Positions 1 to 12,159 of a stretch of DNA of 64,000 bases are shown one piece after another. Location of the stretch: assembly GCF_009914755.1 (NCBI RefSeq), contig NC_060933.1. One strand, given 5' to 3'. Positions within the stretch are counted from its first letter, which is position 1. The number at the start of each line of letters is the position of its first letter. Source of the stretch: the human T2T-CHM13v2.0 reference genome, Homo sapiens. The notes under the pieces were generated by a model. That model had not been told where the DNA came from and made no database searches. It was given only the letters and a program-made list of their open reading frames with translations. The translations under genes were made by a program, and so were the position numbers.

Positions 1-133
1 GATAGTGTGGCATAGTCATACATGTAACAGGAGTAAGCTTAAAACAACTTCTCTACTTTTTGGGAATGCTAATGGGAATCTGTACAGTAAATACGTATGT
101 ATTTCTTATTTCATGAGAATGTCATTTCTTTAG

Positions 134-207
134 AAAAACGAGAAGCAGTAAACTCACTGCAGGAGGAACTAGCTAATGTCCAAGACCATTTGAACCTAGC
201 AAAACAG
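134..207 (+). CDS. CNTRL: Centriolin coding exon (EKREAVNSLQEELANVQDHLNLAKQ)
   Basis: tttag| acceptor, CAG|gtaagg donor; 74 nt, ends phase 0; coiled-coil sequence continuing into the next exon. Confidence 0.9.
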
Positions 208-708
208 GTAAGGTTAACAAATGTAATATTCTAGTAGTATACTGAGGGTATGCAGACCATTGGTTTAAATAACAAAGAAATCAAGTAGGCTGGTTCCTCT
301 TCACAACAGCAGATACCGTAGGGCCATTTATGTAACATAACCATCACATAAATAAAAGTTTTGATGGAGAGCAGTGGTTTGCTAATTTATTTTAGCCTTA
401 GAACTCTTGATACAAACAGTTTTACTCAAAGCTAGTAAGTAGGGTGGTGGCTAGACCAGAGCCCAGCAGCAGTCTCTCAGCAGCCCTTCTTGGGGTTTCA
501 GGGACCAGATGGGCCATCTCTCATCCATGACACAGATGAGGCCTCTAAAGGCTGGGCTTAGATTTGATTACTCCTTGAGCCATAGAGTACCCGCCAAATC
601 TGGGCCTCTATCTTGTCAGATATTGAATATAGCAGATTTTTGACCCTCATACTTCTAATGATTTTCTTAAAGGTAATTCAGTGTTGTCCTGTGAGACTAG
701 TGCTGTAA

Positions 709-1351
<643 letters not shown>

Positions 1352-1515
1352 TTAGACATCTAAATTCTCTTGTACCTGTAAGTTTATTGAGATAATAAAG
1401 GAAATAAACTTTTATGCCTCTCGTTCTGTCAGACTTAGTAGATACTGGATTGGCACTGACCACCTCTAGTAAAGATGGCTTTATTAGTAGTTTCCACTTG
1501 TTCTTTCACCTAAAG

Positions 1516-1704
1516 GACCTGCTTCACACCACCAAGCATCAGGATGTGTTGCTCAGTGAGCAGACCCGACTCCAGAAGGACATCAGTGAATGGGCAAATA
1601 GGTTTGAAGACTGTCAGAAAGAAGAGGAGACAAAACAACAACAACTTCAAGTGCTTCAGAATGAGATTGAAGAAAACAAGCTCAAACTAGTCCAACAAGA
1701 AATG
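1516..1704 (+). CDS. CNTRL: Centriolin coding exon (DLLHTTKHQ...KLVQQEM)
   Basis: taaag| acceptor, ATG|gtacta donor; 189 nt, phase 0-0; lies within ORF 1414..1731. Confidence 0.93.
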
Positions 1705-2122
1705 GTACTACACATTTATGATTTTACATAAAAAAAGCATTTTGTGGCTCATGTGAGCCTATTTTTCCCCTGGCAGAAAGCTGCTGAGAAATATCCCCAA
1801 TGGGACTATGTGTCCCTTAACTGCCCTGTGTAGCCATGGGTGGCATTTATACCAACTGTGTGACTCTCTTACAGACCTTTAACGATCATAGAACATCAGT
1901 CCTGTAAAGATACTTAACAGCCACGTGCCATTTGCTGCTTGAATCCCCTCCTCACATGCTGGCCAGATAGCTTCCCAAGCCCTCTTGATCACCTCTGTAA
2001 TGGAATTGTCCCTGTGGGCTGTCTTCTACTTTCTTTTGACCTGGAATCTGTCTCATGTCCATGCAGGTTCTCTGGGACACTATTTGTTGTTTAATGACTA
2101 ATCAAGATTATTCTTTATTAAG

Positions 2123-2348
2123 ATGTTTCAGAGACTCCAGAAAGAGAGAGAAAGTGAAGAAAGCAAATTAGAAACCAGTAAAGTGACACTGAAGGAGCAA
2201 CAGCACCAGCTGGAAAAGGAATTAACAGACCAGAAAAGCAAACTGGACCAAGTGCTCTCAAAGGTGCTGGCAGCTGAAGAGCGTGTTAGGACTCTGCAGG
2301 AAGAGGAGAGGTGGTGTGAGAGCCTGGAGAAGACACTCTCCCAAACTA
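2123..2348 (+). CDS. CNTRL: Centriolin coding exon (MFQRLQKE...KTLSQT)
   Basis: ttaag| acceptor, CTA|gtatgt donor; 226 nt, phase 0-1. Confidence 0.93.
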
Positions 2349-3637
2349 GTATGTATTCTGGAACTTCTCACTGGGAGATGGGGTATGGATTGGCTCTGCT
2401 GGTTGTCTTGCAAAAGTATTTAAAGAGATCCGGACCCCAGCCAGAGCCCAGGAGAGGAGGCAGGAGAAGTAAAGCAGGAGGTATGATAGCCCTGTGAAAG
2501 ATGAGGAAGCAGGTTCAGAGGAGATACAATCCTGAGACTGACCAGCAAGTCCTTCCTTGCTCATATTGTCTCCTTTGAGAATGCCATCTCAAGAAAGTGG
2601 AACATTCACGTGAATAATTGCCAAAAGATACTCTTAAAGTATATTACCTATGAGCTTTGGGAATAATGATCTACTTCATCTCAAGTGTCAAAAAAATCAT
2701 ATTAACAGTTCTTTTGTCCAGATTTGGCATAGTGAATGGTACCAGAATACAGGTGTTTGCTTTTAGGTCAGTTTGTTCTCTCTTGAACCATATATAAATG
2801 AAGTTGACGTGGGAATCCAGGGTAAATGATTGTTCTCACATCAGTAAATGGTTTTTCTCTTTCTTAGGCTCCAGGGTTTAATAATGCTTGGAAAATGTTG
2901 TGGGCTTGGGGATCTGAAAGGGTTGTTATTCCTTTTTCCCTGGGAACTCTTGATATACCCAGACCCAATCATTTCATTATGAAAATGAAACTTAAAAAAA
3001 TATGTCGAGTTCTGATCATGCCAGAGTTGTTGAAAAGTAAAATCTGGGCAGGGTGCTCCTCTAGGGTGATAAGAAAAATATTTTTTAAATGTCACTTTTA
3101 TTTCGTAAGCATTATCTGTCGAGTACTCACTATGTACCAGGCGTTTGCACACATTATTCCAATTGAACATCAGGAAATGTTTTCCTCTTCTATAAAATGG
3201 GGCTCATGCCAGTGTAGGAGCCAGCTCCAAATCCTGTGCACTTTCCACTGCACTGCCTCCTGTGGAAGGAAGTAGTACTGGTGTGTCTCCCTTTATGAAA
3301 ATCAATGTTTATAAAAAACATTTCAGCTGTTCCACACACTTCAGGATTGGTGCTGGGTTTCCTCTCACTGGTCTCAAAGACTTGAAAGAGAAGATAGTAG
3401 CTATCTGTCACTCTGGGATCAGGCCCTCCAGGAACCAATTACTTCAAAAGGCACCCTTATCTGGGTTTTTTCTGGGCCTTTGGTGTGGGTCAGGGTAGGC
3501 TTGTACGACTTTGTAATGGAGGAAAGCACCTGCATGGGTAGCATATCACCATTATGCATCTGCCACAAGGGAAGGGGAGCTCTGCCCACAGCTGGCTCGG
3601 GGTCTTTGGCTAAACCTACTGAAAATGCTCATTTCAG

Positions 3638-3843
3638 AACGGCAGCTTTCAGAAAGGGAGCAGCAATTGGTGGAGAAATCAGGTGAGCTGTTGGCCCTCC
3701 AGAAAGAGGCAGATTCTATGAGGGCAGACTTCAGCCTTCTGCGGAACCAGTTCTTGACAGAAAGAAAGAAAGCTGAGAAGCAGGTGGCCAGCCTGAAGGA
3801 AGCACTTAAGATCCAGCGGAGCCAGCTGGAGAAAAACCTTCTT
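3638..3843 (+). CDS. CNTRL: Centriolin coding exon (KRQLSEREQQ...QLEKNL L)
   Basis: ttcag| acceptor, CTT|gtgagt donor; 206 nt, phase 1-0, matches the previous exon phase. Confidence 0.93.
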
Positions 3844-4184
3844 GTGAGTACCTGCTGCCGTGGCAGTTTGTGAGGAAATGATAAATTTAAAATTTTAAAC
3901 TGCAACACCACTTCAACACAGAGAAAATAAATTACCCATCAACCCAGTCCTGAACCCAGCTGTTGTTATTGATGTATTTATGCATCATTTGTCCTTGAAG
4001 TTGATGGTAAGTTTTACCTGGGACGGGTGCAGCCTCAATGGAGCTCTGGCTGGCTGGGGAGACTGTTGGTGTGAACAGCCATTATCAGCACAAAGTAGAC
4101 AGCATGTTCTGCCAGCAAGCCTCAGTTTACACCTCCACTGGCAGGGAGGAGGGGGTGTTGAAGAAGCCTTCTCTAGACGGTTGT

Positions 4185-4779
<595 letters not shown>

Positions 4780-5434
4780 AGTTTTATTACACTGCTGTAG
4801 TCAGTGCCTACAAATTTTTCTCATCCTGCCCTTTTTGGCCAACATTAGCTTTAATCATTATCCTAAAACCAGGAAGCTCAATCTACCATGCTTTCATCCT
4901 TGAAATAAATTTGGGAAGTGACACTCAGGTCAGAATAATTTATGGTGGATGGAGACAGGTGAGCAGCAATGGAACTGTCAAGGGGGAGGATTTTTCCACT
5001 ACCCTCTGGAGGGGTTAGTGGAGCCCTGTTGTATGAAAGGAACTTTTAAACCATGTGTGTCTCTCAAAGGGGATACGCTGATAACTAGTGATAGGCAGAT
5101 CGTCATAAAGATGGAATATAGATGTCTAAAATTTAATCCTACCAGTAACCCTGTGATGATGGGTATTATTATTCTCATTTTACAGACAATTAATGAAGAC
5201 TCAGAAAGGGATAGTAGCTTATTATCAAAGGTAATGCTAACAGACTCTGACGTGTATATACGCCCAGCTGTATTTGATCTGCCCATGAAAGGCCGATAGA
5301 ATTATCCCCATTTGACAGCTAGAGAAGCTGAGGCCCAGAAGGGGAATGAAGTTATAGAGCTAGTGAGTGTGTAAGCCAGCAAACCACACCTCCATGTGTT
5401 AGATCGCAGAGTTATTTTCTTCCTCCTGTGCTAG

Positions 5435-5575
5435 GAGCAAAAACAGGAGAACAGCTGCATACAAAAGGAAATGGCAACAATTGAACTGGTAGCCCAGGAC
5501 AACCATGAGCGGGCCAGGCGCCTGATGAAGGAGCTCAACCAGATGCAGTATGAGTACACGGAGCTCAAGAAACAG
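5435..5575 (+). CDS. CNTRL: Centriolin coding exon (EQKQENSCIQ...TELKKQ)
   Basis: pyrimidine tract + ctag| acceptor, CAG|gtgtgt donor; 141 nt, phase 0-0. Confidence 0.93.
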
Positions 5576-6385
5576 GTGTGTGCCCAGAAAGCCCAGCTGG
5601 CCAGCCTGGGGAGAGAGGACTCACTGGGCTCAGGCAGATTGTATTGTTTTTAATATCCCTTCTATAGTAGTATAGAAAAGCTGATTATAAGAATGTTCTT
5701 TAAGTCAAATCTGGTTTTTTAGCCTTAAAATTTAGAAACACACCTTGACTATTAAAAATATAAATTTCTCTTAAATTTGACAAGCTCTTAAAATGTTAGT
5801 TTTTCAAGGAAAAAAGGTAATTCTTGAGCATCATATTTCATGTCCCAAAGAACTATGTTGAAATGCTAGATTTTATGCCATAAACAAGTCTATAGGAGCC
5901 AAAACCTCCCCTACCCCTTGAGCAAGAAAAGATGGTCCGGGGGAAACCTTTGATATCACATAATGTAGCCAGGCAGAGAGTATTAAACCAGTTCATGCCT
6001 GGACTGGTAGAGTCTCTAATCCTTGATATCTCTGGTGTCCTTTAGAGCATCTGGGCCATCCCTGAACTCTAGTCGGGCTGCTGTAGCCACTCATTTGGCC
6101 CTGCTATACTTAGTCTTTTGGGTGACCCCACGTGGCCATTCTAGTTTCATCTGTGCTTCCAATCCCCTGATGCCCCACATATACCCACCATTTAATTCAA
6201 GAAAAAATAACCAAAAAAAAATTATTTAAAGACCACAAGCCCTTAGTGATTTTGCCTTTGCAAATTTGGTAAGGCAATTAGCAGTAGGTATAAATTTCAT
6301 ATTTCACTAAGCTCTATATGGGGTAGAGCCACATAGAGTAGTCTCAGGCATCAAATGCAGTTGGTAACACTTTAAGAAACCTCTA

Positions 6386-6721
<336 letters not shown>

Positions 6722-7269
6722 TTATAAAATTCCAGCATTAGCATTTATAATCCAGATCACTTATGACTTATTTCAGTAAATGGCCCTTTTCTCATTTGTG
6801 GCTTATTTACTCTAGTTGCCAGTTGGGTGCCACTGAGGTGCTTCATGTAAATTCTCACTTAGTTTTTACATTTCTGAGCAGAAGGTATTTATCTCCATGT
6901 ATAAATGAGGTAATGGAGGATCAGATGTTAGCCAACTTGCCCTGTCATACTGGTAATACTGGAAATCAGATTGGTAACTAGCTTTGTCTGACTCCAAAGA
7001 GATTGTCTTCTATAGAGTAATTCACCTTCAAGGAACTTTATGCACATGGCTTTTCTAAATGAAAGTTGTTCCAGTTAAAATGCCAATAAAATAATTTATT
7101 CAGTAGCTTATAGAGTCTTGAGTATCTGAAAAATCACAAGTTTTTACAGTTCTAGTAATCATAGTAGTTGATATTTATAGATCTTTAAATACATGGCACA
7201 TCATACAGCTCAATTCCAAGTAAGTCTGAAATTTTATACAATGATATTTGACACCAACTCACTGTTTAG

Positions 7270-7536
7270 ATGGCAAACCAAAAAGATTTGGAGAGAAGAC
7301 AAATGGAAATCAGTGATGCAATGAGGACACTTAAATCTGAGGTGAAGGATGAAATCAGAACCAGCTTGAAGAATCTTAATCAGTTTCTTCCAGAACTACC
7401 AGCAGATCTAGAAGCTATTTTGGAAAGAAACGAAAACCTAGAAGGAGAATTGGAAAGCTTGAAAGAGAACCTTCCATTTACCATGAATGAGGGACCTTTT
7501 GAAGAAAAACTGAACTTTTCCCAAGTTCACATAATG
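7270..7536 (+). CDS. CNTRL: Centriolin coding exon (MANQKDLE...FSQVHIM)
   Basis: tttag| acceptor, ATG|gtaagg donor; 267 nt, phase 0-0. Confidence 0.93.
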
Positions 7537-7701
7537 GTAAGGGTTTATCCTGCTATTCTCTGGGTTCGTAGGATTGACCACCTCCCCCAGCTAAGCTAAA
7601 ACACAGATGTGGGGGTGCTGGGGTAGGGGAGGGAAAGGCTGGTTGGCTTCCATTTGTAGCAGCAGATGATTCATGATATCTCTATTTTCCCTCTGAGAAA
7701 G

Positions 7702-7764
7702 GATGAACACTGGCGTGGAGAAGCACTCCGGGAGAAACTGCGTCACCGGGAAGACCGACTCAAG
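7702..7764 (+). CDS. CNTRL: Centriolin 63-nt exon (DEHWRGEALREKLRHREDRLK)
   Basis: gaaag| acceptor, weak AAG|gttgcc donor; 21 codons, in frame between neighbours; not in the ORF track; matches the recalled centriolin C-terminus. Confidence 0.85.
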
Positions 7765-8365
7765 GTTGCCCTTTAAAACAAACAAAAAATCAGTATGAGA
7801 TACTGGGCACATTGGGGAGGGGAGGGGAAAGTTACATTTACCTGATGCTTTCACATCCATGCTGTTGCAGCCCTGCCAGCAGTGTCAGGGATGGCATGTC
7901 TGAAGCTTCGAGGAGTTGGTGTCACACAGTAAATGGCAATCAGTGTTCAAAACCATGACTTCTTGTGTTGACTCCAGTGTTCTTTAACCTATGTAATGCT
8001 GCTTTACCTCAGCTAGAACCGATAGAATCTAAGTATTTGGGAGAGGAAGTAGAAACACAGTGATGAACTGTAAGGTTATCATAGGCCAGTGGTGGCAGGA
8101 AAGATTTGGGATACTGGAAAAGTAGGCTGAATGTCAGGTAAGGAATTGTTTGGCTCAGAACATGTTGACTTTGAAGGCCTTGTGAGATATCCAGGGAAGG
8201 ATATCTGTCTGTAGGCAGCCAAAAATAGGAGTCTAGGATTACTGATCAGTGTTGACCTAAAGATTTGAGAGTTAAGAGTATAGGTGGGAGGTTACATTTA
8301 TGTGGGGGGAATGGCTATGTAGACAGCATGGGATGAGAGAGTGCAGTGCTATAGTATTGAGTGGA

Positions 8366-8562
8366 GCCCTGTGATGTCCAACAATAGTCTCCAGCCATGT
8401 GTGGTTATTTAAATTTTAATAAATTATAATTAAGTTAAAAATTCAGTTATTCATTTGCCACATTTCAAGTGCTTAATAGCCACATGTGTCTAGTGGCTTC
8501 TATATTTATAGCCAGAGGTAGAACATTCCCATCATTGCAGAAAGTTCTGTTGGACAGCGCTG
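8366..8562. mobile_element. hAT-Charlie MITE (MER33/MER3-like)
   Basis: tgtccaaca...tgttggacagcgctg terminal inverted repeats; agccacatgtgtctagtggct core. Confidence 0.65.
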
Positions 8563-9044
8563 CTATAGACTTTGAGAGAATAATTTGATTATAGCAGGGG
8601 CAAAAGCCAAAAAGTAGTATGAAGTTGAGGATTAAATACCTAATCATTTATAGACAAGAAACTAAGACTTAGGAAAAAATACATAATCAGGAGACACTCC
8701 AGTTGTCAAGTATAAACTGATCTTCTCAGTCATAACAGAAAAGGAAAAAAGAGATGAGGCAATAATTTAATGGAGAAGCAAGGGATACAGAAATCCTAAG
8801 CACTGCTAGCATGGAAAAACTGGGCCAAGTGAAAGACCCCGTTAATGACAACACAGAAAAGTAAAGGTTTATGCACACTAAGTATCCACCTGGCACCTCC
8901 TACAATTCTTTTTAAAGATGAGCATTTTTGACAGCCATTCCTACTGTTAGCCAGATTTGCCTATCAAATGTATGTGAGGAAGCTGAGCGGCAGTTCTGGT
9001 ACATTTCTTCTGTGTAAAACCCTAAGTCTTATCACACTTTTCAG

Positions 9045-9251
9045 GCCCAACTCCGACACTGTATGTCCAAGCAAGCAGAAGTATTAATTAAAGGAAAGCG
9101 GCAGACAGAGGGCACTTTACACAGTTTGAGGAGACAAGTAGATGCTTTAGGGGAATTGGTCACCAGCACCTCTGCAGATTCAGCGTCATCACCCAGTCTG
9201 TCTCAGCTGGAGTCTTCCCTCACAGAGGACTCTCAACTTGGACAAAATCAG
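9045..9251 (+). CDS. CNTRL: Centriolin penultimate exon (AQLRHCMSKQ...QLGQNQ)
   Basis: ttttcag| acceptor, CAG|gtaagc donor; 207 nt, phase 0-0. Confidence 0.93.
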
Positions 9252-9291
9252 GTAAGCAGCAGCTCTTTTTAAAAACAAAACAATAGCCTGA

Positions 9292-9608
<317 letters not shown>

Positions 9609-10814
9609 TAAGATAGGATTTAATATATTACATAGAAAGTACTTAAAAGCCGTGGGGTGTATAATCTAGAGGAGATTCAGAAAAATATAGATTATGCCGC
9701 CTTCAACTCTCTGAAAAACTTGTCTTAGCAAAGACTTGGTAGAGGTAGATAAGCTGATGGCTTAGGAAACAGACTACGACTGCAGATTGGATGACCTGGC
9801 AGGGATATAGTTAATTCTACTATTCATGTCCTCCACTTCTGGATTTATTTATTTCCTACTCTGTCAATATAAAGAGCTTAGACCTGTGAGGCCAATATGA
9901 GTCCTAGTTTAGTATGTCTCCCTGCATTTTGTAACTTACATTTACAGAGTTGGAATTCAGACCTCTTAACCTAAGGTCTATAAAAACCCTGAATTTCACA
10001 AAGGTTTTCTGTGTGAGCTTAGATAAGGTTAATAAGCATTTAAGAGGAACATGAAATATACTCATGGAACTGGTAAGTAGTAGCACACACAACTGTCAGA
10101 GATAGGTAACAGCTTCCATTTTCCAGTGCCTATTGTGTGCACATACAAAACTTTATATATATCATCTAATTTTTACATCCTTGGAGGTAGGACTTATCCT
10201 TTTATATAGATAAGGAATCTGTACAAAATGATAAATGATTTGGTCAAGGACATAGCAAAGGACAACAGCAGGACTTGCGGGCTAATCTATCTTTACCACA
10301 GAGCAGTATATTTTAATGGTGGAGCCACAAGGAGCTTTCAAGGACAGTTGCCTCTTTAATGTGCCCAAGGTGGGCAAGTGACTTACCTAGTTCACACAGC
10401 TAATTAGCAGCAGGGCCATTAGCAGCAGGGCCATCTGAATATGATTATCTTAACACCATCTGTGGTGGACCCAGTCAGGTAAAGGCCAAAATCATCATGG
10501 GCCTTAGGGCAGGGTTCGAGGAGGAGTGTGAGAGGCACTGGGCATTGAATAGGGAAGCTTTGGGGATGAGACAGCCCAGAGTAGTGAGAGAAGAGTAGAG
10601 TGCACAAGGGCTTAAAAGCCAGCTTCAATTACCAGCTCAAGGTGGCAGCCAGAGTTATTTAGTTGCTTTAAAGGCAACCAACGCACAGTGGGTAGGGGCG
10701 AGATTGGTAGAATTATTTAGAAGTCTGGGGTTGTAATCCAGGCCTATATGGGATAAAAGCCTGAACTAGTTAAAAGTTAGGGGGCTGGCTTCTGAGCGTA
10801 ACATTTTATTTCCC

Positions 10815-10869
10815 TTTTTTTCTGGTAAGAACAGATACTACACTTGATCTTAGTCAAAAGGCTGAGAGC
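10815..10869 (-). pseudogene. U2 snRNA 5' fragment (about nt 4-52) with short A tail
   Basis: reverse complement of 10822-10869 reads GCTCTCAGCCTTTTGACTAAGATCAAGTGTAGTATCTGTTCTTACCAG; 28-nt perfect block versus U2 nt 21-48; T7 at 10815-10821. Confidence 0.9.
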
Positions 10870-11189
10870 TCCTTCCAGCAAGTTCTGCAAGGTCCATCAG
10901 AACCACTAGACAGTTACTGACACTGATGCCATCCCTGCTCACAGGATAGATGTTACAGATTTTTTTTTAAACTAGAACTTTTAATTGGAGGATCTTGAAT
11001 TTTAGCAGTTTTAAGAATAACCGTTTAATTTTTTCTCTCAGAATTTTGTACACTGGTTCATCTTAAAACATTTTTCCAAAGAGGTACTCAAATATGTCAT
11101 TTACCTATAAGCCATCATGCCATCACTTAGTTAAGACTGTTTTTACTGTTTCAAGAATTTGATTTATCCTTCCTTTTGTCTTACTGTAG

Positions 11190-11213
11190 GAAAAGAATGC
11201 CTCAGCCAGATGA
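11190..11213 (+). CDS. CNTRL: Centriolin terminal coding segment (EKNASAR*)
   Basis: pyrimidine tract + tgtag| acceptor; GAA AAG AAT GCC TCA GCC AGA TGA. Confidence 0.9.
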   Translation, partial: EKNASAR

Positions 11214-11640
11214 GGAATACTGTCTTGTGTAAATATATTCAAGGAAAACACCTCCACTACCTCACTGACTTCATAATTGGAATGTCACATGGTTTTTTTA
11301 ATCAAGATGCAGTGAACTGAGATTCTGAAACTCCACTGTAGTTTACTTTGCCTGTACCATTAATGCCAATGTTTTTATAAATCACTTGTACATAGTACAT
11401 ATGGGAATAGTTGCATATGGGAATTTAAACCAACATGTGGCTGAGCCTTTTTTTTTTTAATCTTCGTAACATGTTTAAAAAAAAACAGTGATTTTAACTG
11501 CATATTTGAACCTACAAACTGGTAAATCTTATTAACAAAAAGAATGTACTTAAGGCCCTCTTTATTTATAGTGTCGAGTTATTTTTGAATTTTGCTTAAA
11601 ATCTATTTTTCATATGAAAATAAAAGATAACAATCAACTT
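11214..11640 (+). other. CNTRL: CNTRL 3' UTR
   Basis: follows TGA; AATAAA at 11619-11624; end position approximate. Confidence 0.8.
11619..11624 (+). terminator. CNTRL polyadenylation signal AATAAA
   Basis: canonical hexamer ~400 nt after the stop codon, with upstream UGUA elements. Confidence 0.75.
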
Positions 11641-12159
11641 GGGTCTGTCCTCTGACTTTACACTTCACAGGTCATTCTATGGAAAAGCCGTCAAATTTTT
11701 ACCTTATTCCAAGTAAGTAATCTTTCAGGTGGTTTTCTTTTACCTGGAGGCTGAAGTACATTATACTTATCAATGAAGATTTCATCATTTGGAAATACAT
11801 CAATTATAAAACTATTATGCTTCAGATGCCTTTCCTTAGCCAACATATTCTTTGGTGGAAAATCAGGAAAACTTTGTACCTTGGAGAATGTGACCCAGTG
11901 ATAAATTCAAATTGTGTTGCCTTTCAGATTTTGAACTACCATAATTAACAGCTCAACTCCATGATGTATACATTTCTTTAAAAACTAGAATAGCAACTGC
12001 TCTCACAGTCTGGCATAATTATTCCCAAGGGGGAAATATGTAATAAGAAGTTTTAAAATATTCTCGGGAACTCTTTTCTAGATCACTACTAGACAGCTTT
12101 TGAGTCACAACAGGTATGTTACCCTGTTACTAATAATACAGAGCAGCACAGTGCAGTCA

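Noticed and set aside
449-465. 17-mer GGCTAGACCAGAGCCCA recurring at 47792-47808, each followed by AGTCTCTCAGCA
   Set aside because: Both sit in MIR-like context, so shared repeat ancestry or chance is sufficient; no wider homology seen
2841-3498. Overlapping 80-126 aa intronic ORFs in CNTRL
   Set aside because: No splice-phase fit or coiled-coil character; flanking exons join correctly without them
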